Shown here: positions 26,601 through 34,582 of the stretch, piece by piece
How positions within the stretch are numbered: the first letter of the stretch is position 1
Layout of the letters: every line of letters starts with the position of its first letter
DNA from: Alphaproteobacteria bacterium
GTDB taxonomy: Bacteria; Pseudomonadota; Alphaproteobacteria; M2410
DNA length: 64,000 bases
Assembly: GCA_006226305.1 (NCBI GenBank)
Contig: SBHG01000127.1
Coordinates: 1,367-65,366, forward strand
Direction of reading: 5' to 3'
Notes under the pieces: generated by a model
Databases searched by the model: none
What the model was told of the DNA's origin: nothing
Seen by the model: the letters and a program-made list of their open reading frames with translations, nothing else
Made by a program: the position numbers and the translations under genes

Positions 26601-27883
26601 GCCCAACCGACTGATCGATAAACCGTATCAATGCCGCCGTTGACCTCCTCAACGGCGATACCTTCCACGTTAGGTCCGGTGAAGACATAGGCATCATTAC
26701 CATTACCGCCAACCATCGTCTTGAGGCCTTTTGTCTCGGCCTCCAAAACATCATTGCCGCTGGTACCATTTAGGGTCTGGCTTCCCCACCCGCCATATCG
26801 GTAGACACCGCCGTCACTTGGGGTCGGTGGTTCCATAAGGGCGGAGATGTAGTCTGCAAGCTCAGAAGCGCCATAGTCCTTTGCAAGCGTGATACTTGCG
26901 TTTGCAGTCGCTGTATCACCATTCGCCTGTTCAGTGGAAATAGCGGAGATCGTCAGAGCAATCGATCCAGCCGTCAGCGCGGAAGTAAGATTGATCATCA
27001 GATTACTCAAATCACTTGGCTCCAGTGTCCATGTACCATCGGATGCCTGGCTGCCTGCGCTCAAGGTTGCCCCGTCAGGAAGACCAGCAATCTGGACAAT
27101 CAGGGTCTCAGATCCATCAGTATCGCTCAAATTAGCGGAAATCGCCAGAGGGATCACCAGCTGATCATCAGTCACCGTGATACGTTCGGTTACCTCTAAA
27201 GTTGGCGTTTCCGCTATCAAATCAAGCGGTTCAGTCGAAGACACCAAGAGACCCTGCTCGAAGAGAAACTCTTCAATTGTCATGGTAGTGGTTCCAAACT
27301 GCAACAACTCGATATTGCTAAGAGTATCTGTGTCCGTTGGGTCGCTCAGGGAAGTTATCGTGACGGTTTGATCGATTATGTCGGCAACATAGTCTTGGCT
27401 TGTCCCAGAGAACACGGCGGTGTCTGTTCCACTTCCCCCGTCAAGCCGATCTTGACCAGTTCCCCCCACCAGTTTGTCATCGCCCGAGCCGCCATCGAGA
27501 TAGTCGTTATCTTCTTCACCAAGGAGATAGTCATTACCACCCCCACCATAAAGCGCATCATCTTGCTTACCGCCAATCAGGAGATCTTCACCACCGAGAC
27601 CGTACAATTCATCCGGCGCATCCAGGCCAAAGGCTACATTGTTGCCGCTGTCCCCGAACCAGTTATCAACGGCTCCTGTTCCAACCCATTCGCCTGACCG
27701 ATTGCTCCAAAGAGGGTCCAATTCATTCAAGAGCCAAAGGGAAGTGCTGCTTAGGAAGTCCGTCAGACTAACTGTCGTCGTTGCGTTTTCATCATAAACC
27801 TGGATCGACTCGTCTCCAGTTGTTAATGACAAACCTCGACGCGGACTTTCAATATTTTTCCACTCTCTCAACCGACGAACCAT
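23648..27883 (-). CDS. 1411-aa RTX (GGxGxD nonapeptide) calcium-binding secreted protein with a large non-repeat central domain
   Basis: Three RTX blocks: N-terminal GGEDLLIGGKQDDALYGGGGNDYL..., a middle block GEGGDDILFGGAGSDLLYGGEGTD, and C-terminal GQGGSDILYGQGGADTLYGGAGDDVIFGNDGNDHL.... No N-terminal signal peptide. Acidic C-terminus typical of T1SS substrates. Confidence 0.85.
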   Translation of the reverse strand: MVRRLREWKNIESPRRGLSLTTGDESIQVYDENATTTVSLTDFLSSTSLWLLNELDPLWSNRSGEWVGTGAVDNWFGDSGNNVAFGLDAPDELYGLGGEDLLIGGKQDDALYGGGGNDYLLGEEDNDYLDGGSGDDKLVGGTGQDRLDGGSGTDTAVFSGTSQDYVADIIDQTVTITSLSDPTDTDTLSNIELLQFGTTTMTIEEFLFEQGLLVSSTEPLDLIAETPTLEVTERITVTDDQLVIPLAISANLSDTDGSETLIVQIAGLPDGATLSAGSQASDGTWTLEPSDLSNLMINLTSALTAGSIALTISAISTEQANGDTATANASITLAKDYGASELADYISALMEPPTPSDGGVYRYGGWGSQTLNGTSGNDVLEAETKGLKTMVGGNGNDAYVFTGPNVEGIAVEEVNGGIDTVYRSVGWASALEDNVENWVLQPGSTGKAIGNSSDNLIIGTDEANKIYGEGGDDILFGGAGSDLLYGGEGTDTAFYNDSSEFYSISYGSGGTVYVTSVYDANEVDTLNGIENIQFLDTTIEVAPPQNSSSTTVTGSTSSGGTTTTVSTASSGDLIYGPDVLQPQSSNEIVGLRLENNTNEATASDYMTLGQVFVQGDLPAGTELIAIIDGVEYAVQMDVKATYEDGSVKHAVLTIPTPAIDAGGAVDMMLAKGDGATGTPLTVQDILDSGYDLSVDVTVYNDDGTTSTYTVSAAEALLAAGIDVETWLSGPLASEFTVQIEVAPHLDIEFNIRVFADGDIRTDVIFENDGAYEEGLRDITYDATITQGGEVMFQVTGLDHYRASRWHTEVWSGNDQDLFAQFDVNYLMQTGAIPTYDTSLGVSASALQSNYDAMLASNTGPLGSATVAKYMPGTGGRQDIGILPNWTVQYLLTQDEHAWDVMMANADASGSVPWHVVDEATGEAIRIDLHPGLWIDGRDTGSEALPSEFFQSSTGGWAVDTAHHPSLSYVPYLLTGDQFYLEELEDAAAYIIASAWDDYRGDNLIVVDRGIQQVRGTAWMIRTLSEIAFAIPDDDPMKEYFETVLNNNLDYLVQKYVIDGALDSAGELEGYFDSFIDREPGNVSPWEQDYVILALQAAYDRGYEQSGELLEWTLGFQAGRFLSPDFDPMLATSYRFHLYDGATGERYSTWGEVFDVTFPNYSGSPDLMPDYPSYGASYIASALASLSALISVTQDITSYDAYGWIISETQDYPFWNPSNTGGFYTITTFLMVPTLGDGSVVERDHFIFGSTTVGGTEEADVISGSEGSDTISGQGGSDILYGQGGADTLYGGAGDDVIFGNDGNDHLLGEDGNDRLVGGAGDDLLSGGAGADEFIFYGSNIGNDVIEDFEDGVDMISVSSDLVGSVFGDVSTMITSLNQQGSDVILDFGESGSIVISNSSVSDFDLSDFNLI

Positions 27884-28123
27884 ACCGAATTACTCTCACA
27901 TATTGATCACTCACAGAGCATTTGACGCTCCGCAGCACTTCCCAATCTGTTAATGAGAGTAAGCGCAAGAAATTAAGAAGATCAAAATGGGACAGATTCA
28001 AATTGCCAGAAATTCCCATTAAGTTTTGTTTACATTTCTGAATTGAACGTTAGCTGCATGGAGCTGTGTGTATGCAAATGGATCTGCCACTTATTTCCCG
28101 GTCATACCGAAGCAAGACTCCAC

Positions 28124-29167
28124 TTAATTTGTTCCGGTTTGATCTATCGCAGGCCCTACATGTAATCTTATTTTTCCAGAATCCCGATTGTAGAGATGGT
28201 TACCTTCCATAACCGCTGGAACCCTGGTTTTGTTTTTGAAGAATATGGTGTTCTGCTTTTCGCTCACAACACTATTTGACGTAATTCTAAGACGGCCTGG
28301 TACCCCACCCCTGTTGGCCGAATAAAAGATGACCGTATTGTTGCCCGCATTCCCATCGCGCTGAAAGTGGCACTTGCTTACTTCAAAATCACCCCCGCCT
28401 GCCACCTCAATGCTGTAGCTAGTCATTCCACCATGATCATCAAACTGGCTGGTTTGGACGAAGGTGCGACCAGCCATACTCTTAATATGATGGCCAACCT
28501 TCGTTCCAGAAAACAAGCTGTCGGTCACTGTTAAGGTTTTGATCTTTTGGACATAAATACCGTGTGAATAGCCATCGCCATATCCGTTACCCAAAAATCT
28601 GGAGTTTCGAATAATCAGATCTCCGCTTCCGTCGGCAGTTGCCAGAATTCCGTCTTCATTACGGTGGAATACGCTATTGAGAACAACCAGATGTGAGCCC
28701 TGGTGTCGAATACCTGCACCATTGCGGTCTTGTGAGCTCGCTCCCTCAAATATGAGGCCGTCGACAAGCAAAGATACGCCTCTTCGAGTTACGAATAGCC
28801 CTTTCCTCACAGACCTGTCAGACCTGAGCGTCACCTTTCCTTCGCCGCGCAGTGCGATGGATTTGTCAATTTCCAAATCGGTGACATTATAAATCCCTTG
28901 CGCAAGAGAAATCGTATCACCTGGAATGGCCTTGCGAAGCGCAACTGACAAGGCCATTCGTCCGCGCCCATTCCCAACCAATATTTCCTGTCCATTACAC
29001 TCGACGAAGTCTGCGATTTGGCAATAGGGTTCTGTTGTTCCGGGAGTTACTCTCTCCCAATTTTCCAGAGCGTTTTCCGCCTGTGCGCCCACGCAGCTGA
29101 ATGGCGCTCCAATCAACACCACACAAAAAGCGACGAGATTCCCCCTTATCAAACTCCGGGCACTCAA
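28124..29167 (-). CDS. secreted right-handed parallel beta-helix protein (polysaccharide lyase/epimerase-like)
   Basis: Signal peptide ...SCVGAQAE. Repeated beta-helix rungs: GAGIRHQGSHLVVLNSVFHRNEDGIL, LIIRNSRFLGNGYGDGYSHGIYV and GHHIKSMAG. The TTG start overlaps the upstream stop. Confidence 0.7.
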   Translation of the reverse strand: MSARSLIRGNLVAFCVVLIGAPFSCVGAQAENALENWERVTPGTTEPYCQIADFVECNGQEILVGNGRGRMALSVALRKAIPGDTISLAQGIYNVTDLEIDKSIALRGEGKVTLRSDRSVRKGLFVTRRGVSLLVDGLIFEGASSQDRNGAGIRHQGSHLVVLNSVFHRNEDGILATADGSGDLIIRNSRFLGNGYGDGYSHGIYVQKIKTLTVTDSLFSGTKVGHHIKSMAGRTFVQTSQFDDHGGMTSYSIEVAGGGDFEVSKCHFQRDGNAGNNTVIFYSANRGGVPGRLRITSNSVVSEKQNTIFFKNKTRVPAVMEGNHLYNRDSGKIRLHVGPAIDQTGTN

Positions 29168-30279
29168 GGCTCACACCACTTTCCATAAAGACTGTCGTAA
29201 CGCGAGATCATTTTTTCCAGGCTGTATTCCGCTCTTACCTTTTTCAAGTTTTCAGCGCCAAGTCCGTGTCGCAATTCATCATCGGCGAGCAAATCCAATA
29301 TGGCACGCGCCAACGCATCCGCTCGCGGTTCCACGATAAATTTCTTATTGCTCTTCGTGACCATTGTTTCGATATCTCCAACATGCGTTGCTACGACAGG
29401 AAGGCCACAAGCCATTGCTTCTAAAACCGAAATTGGCATCTGTTCCGTGTCGGAAGACAAGACGAATAGATCCAACCCCGAAAGTATTTTTTCAGGACTG
29501 GATTGCATTCCCAAAAAGTGGATACGATTGCCGAATTTGAGATCGTTGGCATAACTCTTCAATTCGCTTTCGAGAGGACCGGCACCAACAATCAACAACC
29601 GAGCGTCTGTATTTTCAGCAGTACCGTTAAAAGCATCTATCAGTCTGAAAATATTTTTTTCCCGCCGCAAAGCCGCTACTGTTCCTAGGTAATACTTCGA
29701 GGCTGGTATGCCCATATCGGCTATGGCGCCCCGAGATCTAATTGGCGTAAACCGATCGGTATCAACTCCGTTCGGCAGATAGTGCAATTGCTGTTCTGAT
29801 ATTCTCCAACTGTTTTGCGCAATTGTCTTCAAACTCTGTGATGGAACAACCACATCTGTGGATCCGTTCAGAATTAGTCGTCTCGCCAGGACTCGCCTGA
29901 GGAATTGGCGTTGACTTTCCTCAGGTCCAAATCCGTCTTCATGGTGGATATGGGGCAGCTTGAAAAGTCGCCCGATCAATGCCCATTCGATTGAACCCCA
30001 GTTGTAGGTTAGGAGTAGATCTGGGGCGATGCGACGTAGGGCATTGAAAATTTTTGAGCGGCTGTTACCTACAACCCCTACCCGATCTTCCAGCCTTTCA
30101 AAGATGACGCCGGAGGATAAAAGATTGAGCGCCTCATAGTTCCCATCCGTAGCAAAAAGGATGTGTCTGTATTTGCCAGCCAATTTGTTGGCTATCTGGG
30201 CAAATCGGCGCTGGTTTCCTCCTATCTCTAGCGAAGGAAAAACATGCAGTAATGTTTTAACGGAACCCCGCGCCTGCAT
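29164..30279 (-). CDS. glycosyltransferase family 4 (PEP-CTERM/EpsH1-locus type)
   Basis: LLHVFPSLEIGGNQRR N-terminus. C-terminal SDTEQMPISVLEAMACGLPVVATHVG is the GT4 E-x7-E region. Confidence 0.85.
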   Translation of the reverse strand: MQARGSVKTLLHVFPSLEIGGNQRRFAQIANKLAGKYRHILFATDGNYEALNLLSSGVIFERLEDRVGVVGNSRSKIFNALRRIAPDLLLTYNWGSIEWALIGRLFKLPHIHHEDGFGPEESQRQFLRRVLARRLILNGSTDVVVPSQSLKTIAQNSWRISEQQLHYLPNGVDTDRFTPIRSRGAIADMGIPASKYYLGTVAALRREKNIFRLIDAFNGTAENTDARLLIVGAGPLESELKSYANDLKFGNRIHFLGMQSSPEKILSGLDLFVLSSDTEQMPISVLEAMACGLPVVATHVGDIETMVTKSNKKFIVEPRADALARAILDLLADDELRHGLGAENLKKVRAEYSLEKMISRYDSLYGKWCEP

Positions 30280-30295
30280 TTTGGCGTTTACTCTT

Positions 30296-33121
30296 CTAGT
30301 TACCCATCAATTTGTCGCGCAGTTTGATGGCCTCTTCCTTGCCCGGGAACGGTGCAGCGGTGTCGAGGATGCCGTGAAGAATTTCAAGGGCCTTGCGCGG
30401 CTGGCCGGCATGGGCAAGAGCTGCGGCATAGTGATATTGCACCTCGCTGTCGCGCGGCAATCGCTTGGCGGCATCGGTCAAAATGTCCAGTGCCTCCTCT
30501 TGACGGCCATTGCTAAACAGGATCCAGCCATAGGTGTCAGCAAGCTCACCGGCGGTCGGCGAGAGCGTATGCGCCTGTTTCGACAGGGCAATCGCCTCGT
30601 CATGGCGGCCGACATATTCATAAAGCCAGGCCAGATTGTTCAGAACTATCGGGTCTTCCGGCGACATCTTTTGGAGCTTCTCGGTTTCAATTATGGCTTC
30701 GTTGAATTTGCCATTTTGAATCAAAAAGCTGGAGAGAATTGACTGGATGGCCTTGTCTTCGGGATTGCCCTCCATCCACTCACGTAAAACCCGTTCCGCT
30801 TCCGGCTTATTGCCGGTGCGATCAAGCGCCCGATAGAGTGGCAGAACTCCCTGCCGATCAGCGCTGTCATAGGCCTGACGATAGACCTTGATCGCCTCTT
30901 GTTCATTGCCGAGCGCCATCAGGATATTGCCAAGGCCGAGAAGCCTTTGCAGCGGATCTTTGACCTGCGCGTAAATGCCCTCGGCGAGCGTCTCAGCACT
31001 CTTGTCGCCTGATACCTGTTGTTCCAGCAAAATACGCTTCTGGCGCAGGACGTCTTCGTCCGGGAAGTAGCCAATAGCCTTGTCCAGCACATCCTTGGCG
31101 GCGGCAGGATCTTTGGCGGTCACCATGGCTTCGGCAAGGCGAATGCGCACCAGCGGATTATCTGGCAGCATCGTCTGTAGCTTGCGATAGGTGACAACCG
31201 CGCTGTTGTATTGACCCACCGCGATTTGTGCCTTGGCCTGCGCATCGAGCGCTTCGGGAACTTCCGGCAAATTCTGGTAAAACTCCTGGGCGGCAACCAA
31301 GGCTTTGTCCTTGCGGCCCTGGTTGATCAACTCCTGCACACGCTTGGCATTTGCCGCAATGGATTTGGGGTCGGCGCGCACCGCAGCCTCGAGCACGGCT
31401 AGGATCTTTTCATTGTCACCCTGCTCCCGGGCAATGGCGATGATCCCGTCGACAGCGGGTATAGAGCCCGGCTGCGCGGAGAGCACTTCCTCAAAAAGCT
31501 GTTCGGCCTCTTGAGTTTCACCTTTGCTGTAATGCATTCGCGCCAGATTGATCTTGGCAACAACAAACCCTGGGTCAATTGACAAAGATTTTTTTAGGTG
31601 CTGATTGGCAGCATCGAAATCATTTTCCAGCAAAGCGACGGTCGCATTGAAGTTTTCGGTTTCGGCTGTTTGGCCTGTGATTTTCTCAATTTCCGTCAGG
31701 GCAACTCTGGCTTGCGCGACTTCGTTTTGTTTCAAATGGGTCAAAAACAGAAGAACCGCGGCGCGGTGGGAGCTCAGATCAGAAAAAACAATCGACTCCA
31801 GACCAGCAATCGCCAGATCTACCTGCCCCTCGTTCAGGCGGGTCTGCGCGGCTCGATAGCGCAAGTCTTCGCTCTCGGGCTGACTTTGAATCGCGATGTC
31901 ATAAAGGTCCGCCGCCTTGGCGAACTCTCCGAGCTGGCTGTAGCCATTGGCCAGTAGAACAACAACCCGCAGATCCCGGGGCGCGGCTTCATGAACCCGC
32001 TCGAGAATATCCACTGCCTTTTCAGCTTCCTCGTTTTGCAAGAAAACCGTGGCTGAAACCACGAGCCCTCTTAGGGAGGTCGGCTGCATTGTCAGGTATT
32101 TGTTGATTGAGGCGCGGGCCTGTTCAAGCTGATTGGTGTTCAGATAAAGATTGGCGGCCAGGTACATGGCCGAGGCATTTTCTTCAATGCGATAGGCCTT
32201 GCTGAGCACATCAATGGCTTCTTCCGATTGTCCTTTACGCGCCAGCACCAGTGCTTTCATGTAAGAGGCATTTGGTTCACGAGCGAAACGCTCGAGAATA
32301 ATTTCCGCATCGGCTTCAACCGCATCAATGTTCTGCAGGCCAAGATTGGCATAACCGCGTCCCAGACGGGCCTTCATATCAAGCGGATTTTGCTCCAGCA
32401 CCTTGTCGTAATAAGGAACGGCCTCGGCAAATTTTTGAGTCTGCCGATAAATTTCACCCTTTTGCAGCAAGAAGCGCGCAGAGGTCGGCGCCAACGCCAA
32501 TGCCTTGTCGATGCTTTCAAGGGCTTCATCGGATTTTCCCTGTCGATCCAGCACCCAGGAGCGAACCAGCCAGACCTCTTCGCGATCGGAAGCCTCGCCT
32601 TCAATGGCGACCAATTCTTTCTCGGCCTGCTCAAGCTGGCGCGCCGCCAGTGCCGCCTGGGCCCGATAGACCCCAAGCTCAACCCGATTGCTCTGACTGG
32701 CCAGCGAAAGAGGGAGCTCTTCCAAAAGCTCCTGGTATTTGGCCTGAATCAACATGGCAGAAGCCAGGGGGATCAGGATCTTATCCATGGGCATGCCACG
32801 GGAGCGCGCCGCGCGCAGTTCTTTCTCCGCGCTTACGCCATTGAGCTGTGAATTGTAAATCCCGGCCAGGGCCATCCGCGCTTCCAGATTATTGGGGTCG
32901 GTCCGGATGGCATTCTTATATTCAATCACCGCGGCGGCGGTATCCCCGGACGCCATATGCTCCTGGGCCTGCTCGTAGTAGCGCAGCGAGCGCGCGTTCA
33001 CCTCTGAGGCCAGAGAAGGGCCGGCCAATGCCGCCACACCGACCGCCGAGGCCAAGAACAGGGCCAGCAGGTCCTTTTTGGTCGTAAATCGCAGATTTGT
33101 GCCGATTTTGCGGTTTTTCAT
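30296..33121 (-). CDS. prsT: PEP-CTERM system TPR-repeat protein PrsT
   Basis: About 940 aa, TPR repeats throughout, N-terminal signal peptide. Lies immediately downstream of prsK/prsR. ATG 33121 has GAGGA 8 nt upstream. Confidence 0.8.
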   Translation of the reverse strand: MKNRKIGTNLRFTTKKDLLALFLASAVGVAALAGPSLASEVNARSLRYYEQAQEHMASGDTAAAVIEYKNAIRTDPNNLEARMALAGIYNSQLNGVSAEKELRAARSRGMPMDKILIPLASAMLIQAKYQELLEELPLSLASQSNRVELGVYRAQAALAARQLEQAEKELVAIEGEASDREEVWLVRSWVLDRQGKSDEALESIDKALALAPTSARFLLQKGEIYRQTQKFAEAVPYYDKVLEQNPLDMKARLGRGYANLGLQNIDAVEADAEIILERFAREPNASYMKALVLARKGQSEEAIDVLSKAYRIEENASAMYLAANLYLNTNQLEQARASINKYLTMQPTSLRGLVVSATVFLQNEEAEKAVDILERVHEAAPRDLRVVVLLANGYSQLGEFAKAADLYDIAIQSQPESEDLRYRAAQTRLNEGQVDLAIAGLESIVFSDLSSHRAAVLLFLTHLKQNEVAQARVALTEIEKITGQTAETENFNATVALLENDFDAANQHLKKSLSIDPGFVVAKINLARMHYSKGETQEAEQLFEEVLSAQPGSIPAVDGIIAIAREQGDNEKILAVLEAAVRADPKSIAANAKRVQELINQGRKDKALVAAQEFYQNLPEVPEALDAQAKAQIAVGQYNSAVVTYRKLQTMLPDNPLVRIRLAEAMVTAKDPAAAKDVLDKAIGYFPDEDVLRQKRILLEQQVSGDKSAETLAEGIYAQVKDPLQRLLGLGNILMALGNEQEAIKVYRQAYDSADRQGVLPLYRALDRTGNKPEAERVLREWMEGNPEDKAIQSILSSFLIQNGKFNEAIIETEKLQKMSPEDPIVLNNLAWLYEYVGRHDEAIALSKQAHTLSPTAGELADTYGWILFSNGRQEEALDILTDAAKRLPRDSEVQYHYAAALAHAGQPRKALEILHGILDTAAPFPGKEEAIKLRDKLMGN

Positions 33122-33217
33122 TGGGTCTATCCTCATTCAACGGGCCGTCTTGGGGCCATGATACATGGTAGTTCTTGACTTAGGGTTATTTCCGCCGAAG
33201 CAATTCCAAAGTCTGCC

Positions 33218-34582
33218 TCATTTTTCGCTCTTAAAATTATGGCTTTTCATCAACTCATAGAGGGTTGGGCGACTGACCCCCAAAAGCTTGGCGGCGCTGG
33301 TTACATTACCATCGCTGACCGCTAGCGCCCGACCGATAAGATCCTTTTCCGCCTGATCTCGGACCTGCTTTAAGGTCGGGAACACCCCCTCGCCGTCCGC
33401 AACGGACAGGGACAGGTCGGCGGCGGTGACCACATTGCCCTCCGACATCACAACGGCGCGTTTCACTTTGTTTTCCAGTTCGCGCACATTGCCCGGCCAG
33501 TCATTGCCTTCAATGGCCGCCACGGCATCCTGCGAAAATTGTTTGCCCTTTTTGTGGTACCGGGCGCAAAAGCTCTGCAGATAATACTTCGCGAGCAATA
33601 GGGCATCGCCGTCGCGATCTTTAAGATCGGGAATGTGAAAGTCGATTTCATTGAGGCGATAGAAGAGGTCTTCGCGAAATCGTTGTTCGGCAATGGCGCG
33701 GGAAAGGTCCTGATTGGTTGCCGAGACAATGCGCACGTCGACGCTGATTTCCTTGCGGCCGCCGATCCGTTCAATCTTGCGCTCCTGGATGAAACGCAAC
33801 ATTTTGGCCTGAAGGCCGATGGGCATATCACCAATTTCATCCAAGAAGAGCGTGCCGCCACTGGCCATTTCCACCTTGCCAATGGACTGCTTGACGGCCC
33901 CTGTGAAGGCGCCTTTTTCATGACCGAAAAGCTCACTCTCCAGAAGATTTTCCGGGATCGCCGCGCAATTGATGGCGACAAAGGGGCCGTCGGCCCGGGC
34001 ACTTGACCGGTGCAGGGCCTGAGCCAGCACTTCCTTGCCTGATCCGGAGGAGCCGGTCAGAAGCACGCTGACATCCGAGGAGGCAACCCGCTCAATGCCC
34101 TCACAGATCCGCAACATTTCGGGACTGGCCGCGATGACCCCTTGAAAAGGTTCGGCAAAATCGGCGCGTGCCAGTCGCAGATTTTCTGACTCCAACTCAT
34201 GCAGATTAAAGGCGCGATCAATAATCAACTTCAACATGTCGATGTCGACTGGCTTGGGGCAAAAGTCATAAGCGCCCAGATTAATCGCTGTTACGGCGGT
34301 CGAGCGCTCTGAGTTGCCGGTCGCCACAATCACTTTGGTGAGGGGGTCGAGTGACAATATCTCTTCCAGGGCTTTCAAACCTTCCGTGGCGCCGGCTTCA
34401 TCGGGCGGCATACCCAGATCGAGCACCACGACTGGCGGGGCCTCCTTGCGCACGATGGTCAAAGCGCTGGGGCGGTCACCGGCAACCTCAACACTATAGG
34501 CATCCAGGGCCCATTTCATCTGGCTTTGAATGCCCGGATCGTCCTCCACCACGAGAATTTTGTTTTTCTGCTCGCTCATCAA
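33218..34582 (-). CDS. prsR: sigma-54-dependent response regulator PrsR (PEP-CTERM-box regulator family)
   Basis: Receiver domain (ILVVEDDPGI...VVVLDLGMPP). AAA+ domain with GSSGSGKEV and ESELFGHEKGAFTGA. C-terminal Fis-type HTH AAKLLGVSRPTLYELMK. ATGA overlap with prsK. Confidence 0.9.
   Translation of the reverse strand: MMSEQKNKILVVEDDPGIQSQMKWALDAYSVEVAGDRPSALTIVRKEAPPVVVLDLGMPPDEAGATEGLKALEEILSLDPLTKVIVATGNSERSTAVTAINLGAYDFCPKPVDIDMLKLIIDRAFNLHELESENLRLARADFAEPFQGVIAASPEMLRICEGIERVASSDVSVLLTGSSGSGKEVLAQALHRSSARADGPFVAINCAAIPENLLESELFGHEKGAFTGAVKQSIGKVEMASGGTLFLDEIGDMPIGLQAKMLRFIQERKIERIGGRKEISVDVRIVSATNQDLSRAIAEQRFREDLFYRLNEIDFHIPDLKDRDGDALLLAKYYLQSFCARYHKKGKQFSQDAVAAIEGNDWPGNVRELENKVKRAVVMSEGNVVTAADLSLSVADGEGVFPTLKQVRDQAEKDLIGRALAVSDGNVTSAAKLLGVSRPTLYELMKSHNFKSEK

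Noticed and set aside
28073-28089. TGGCAGatccatTTGCA (minus strand), about 190 nt upstream of the RTX gene; very sigma-54-like boxes
   Set aside because: The spacing is GG-N11-GC, one nucleotide longer than the strictly conserved N10. It is kept only as a note. It could matter if the -12 box is read differently.
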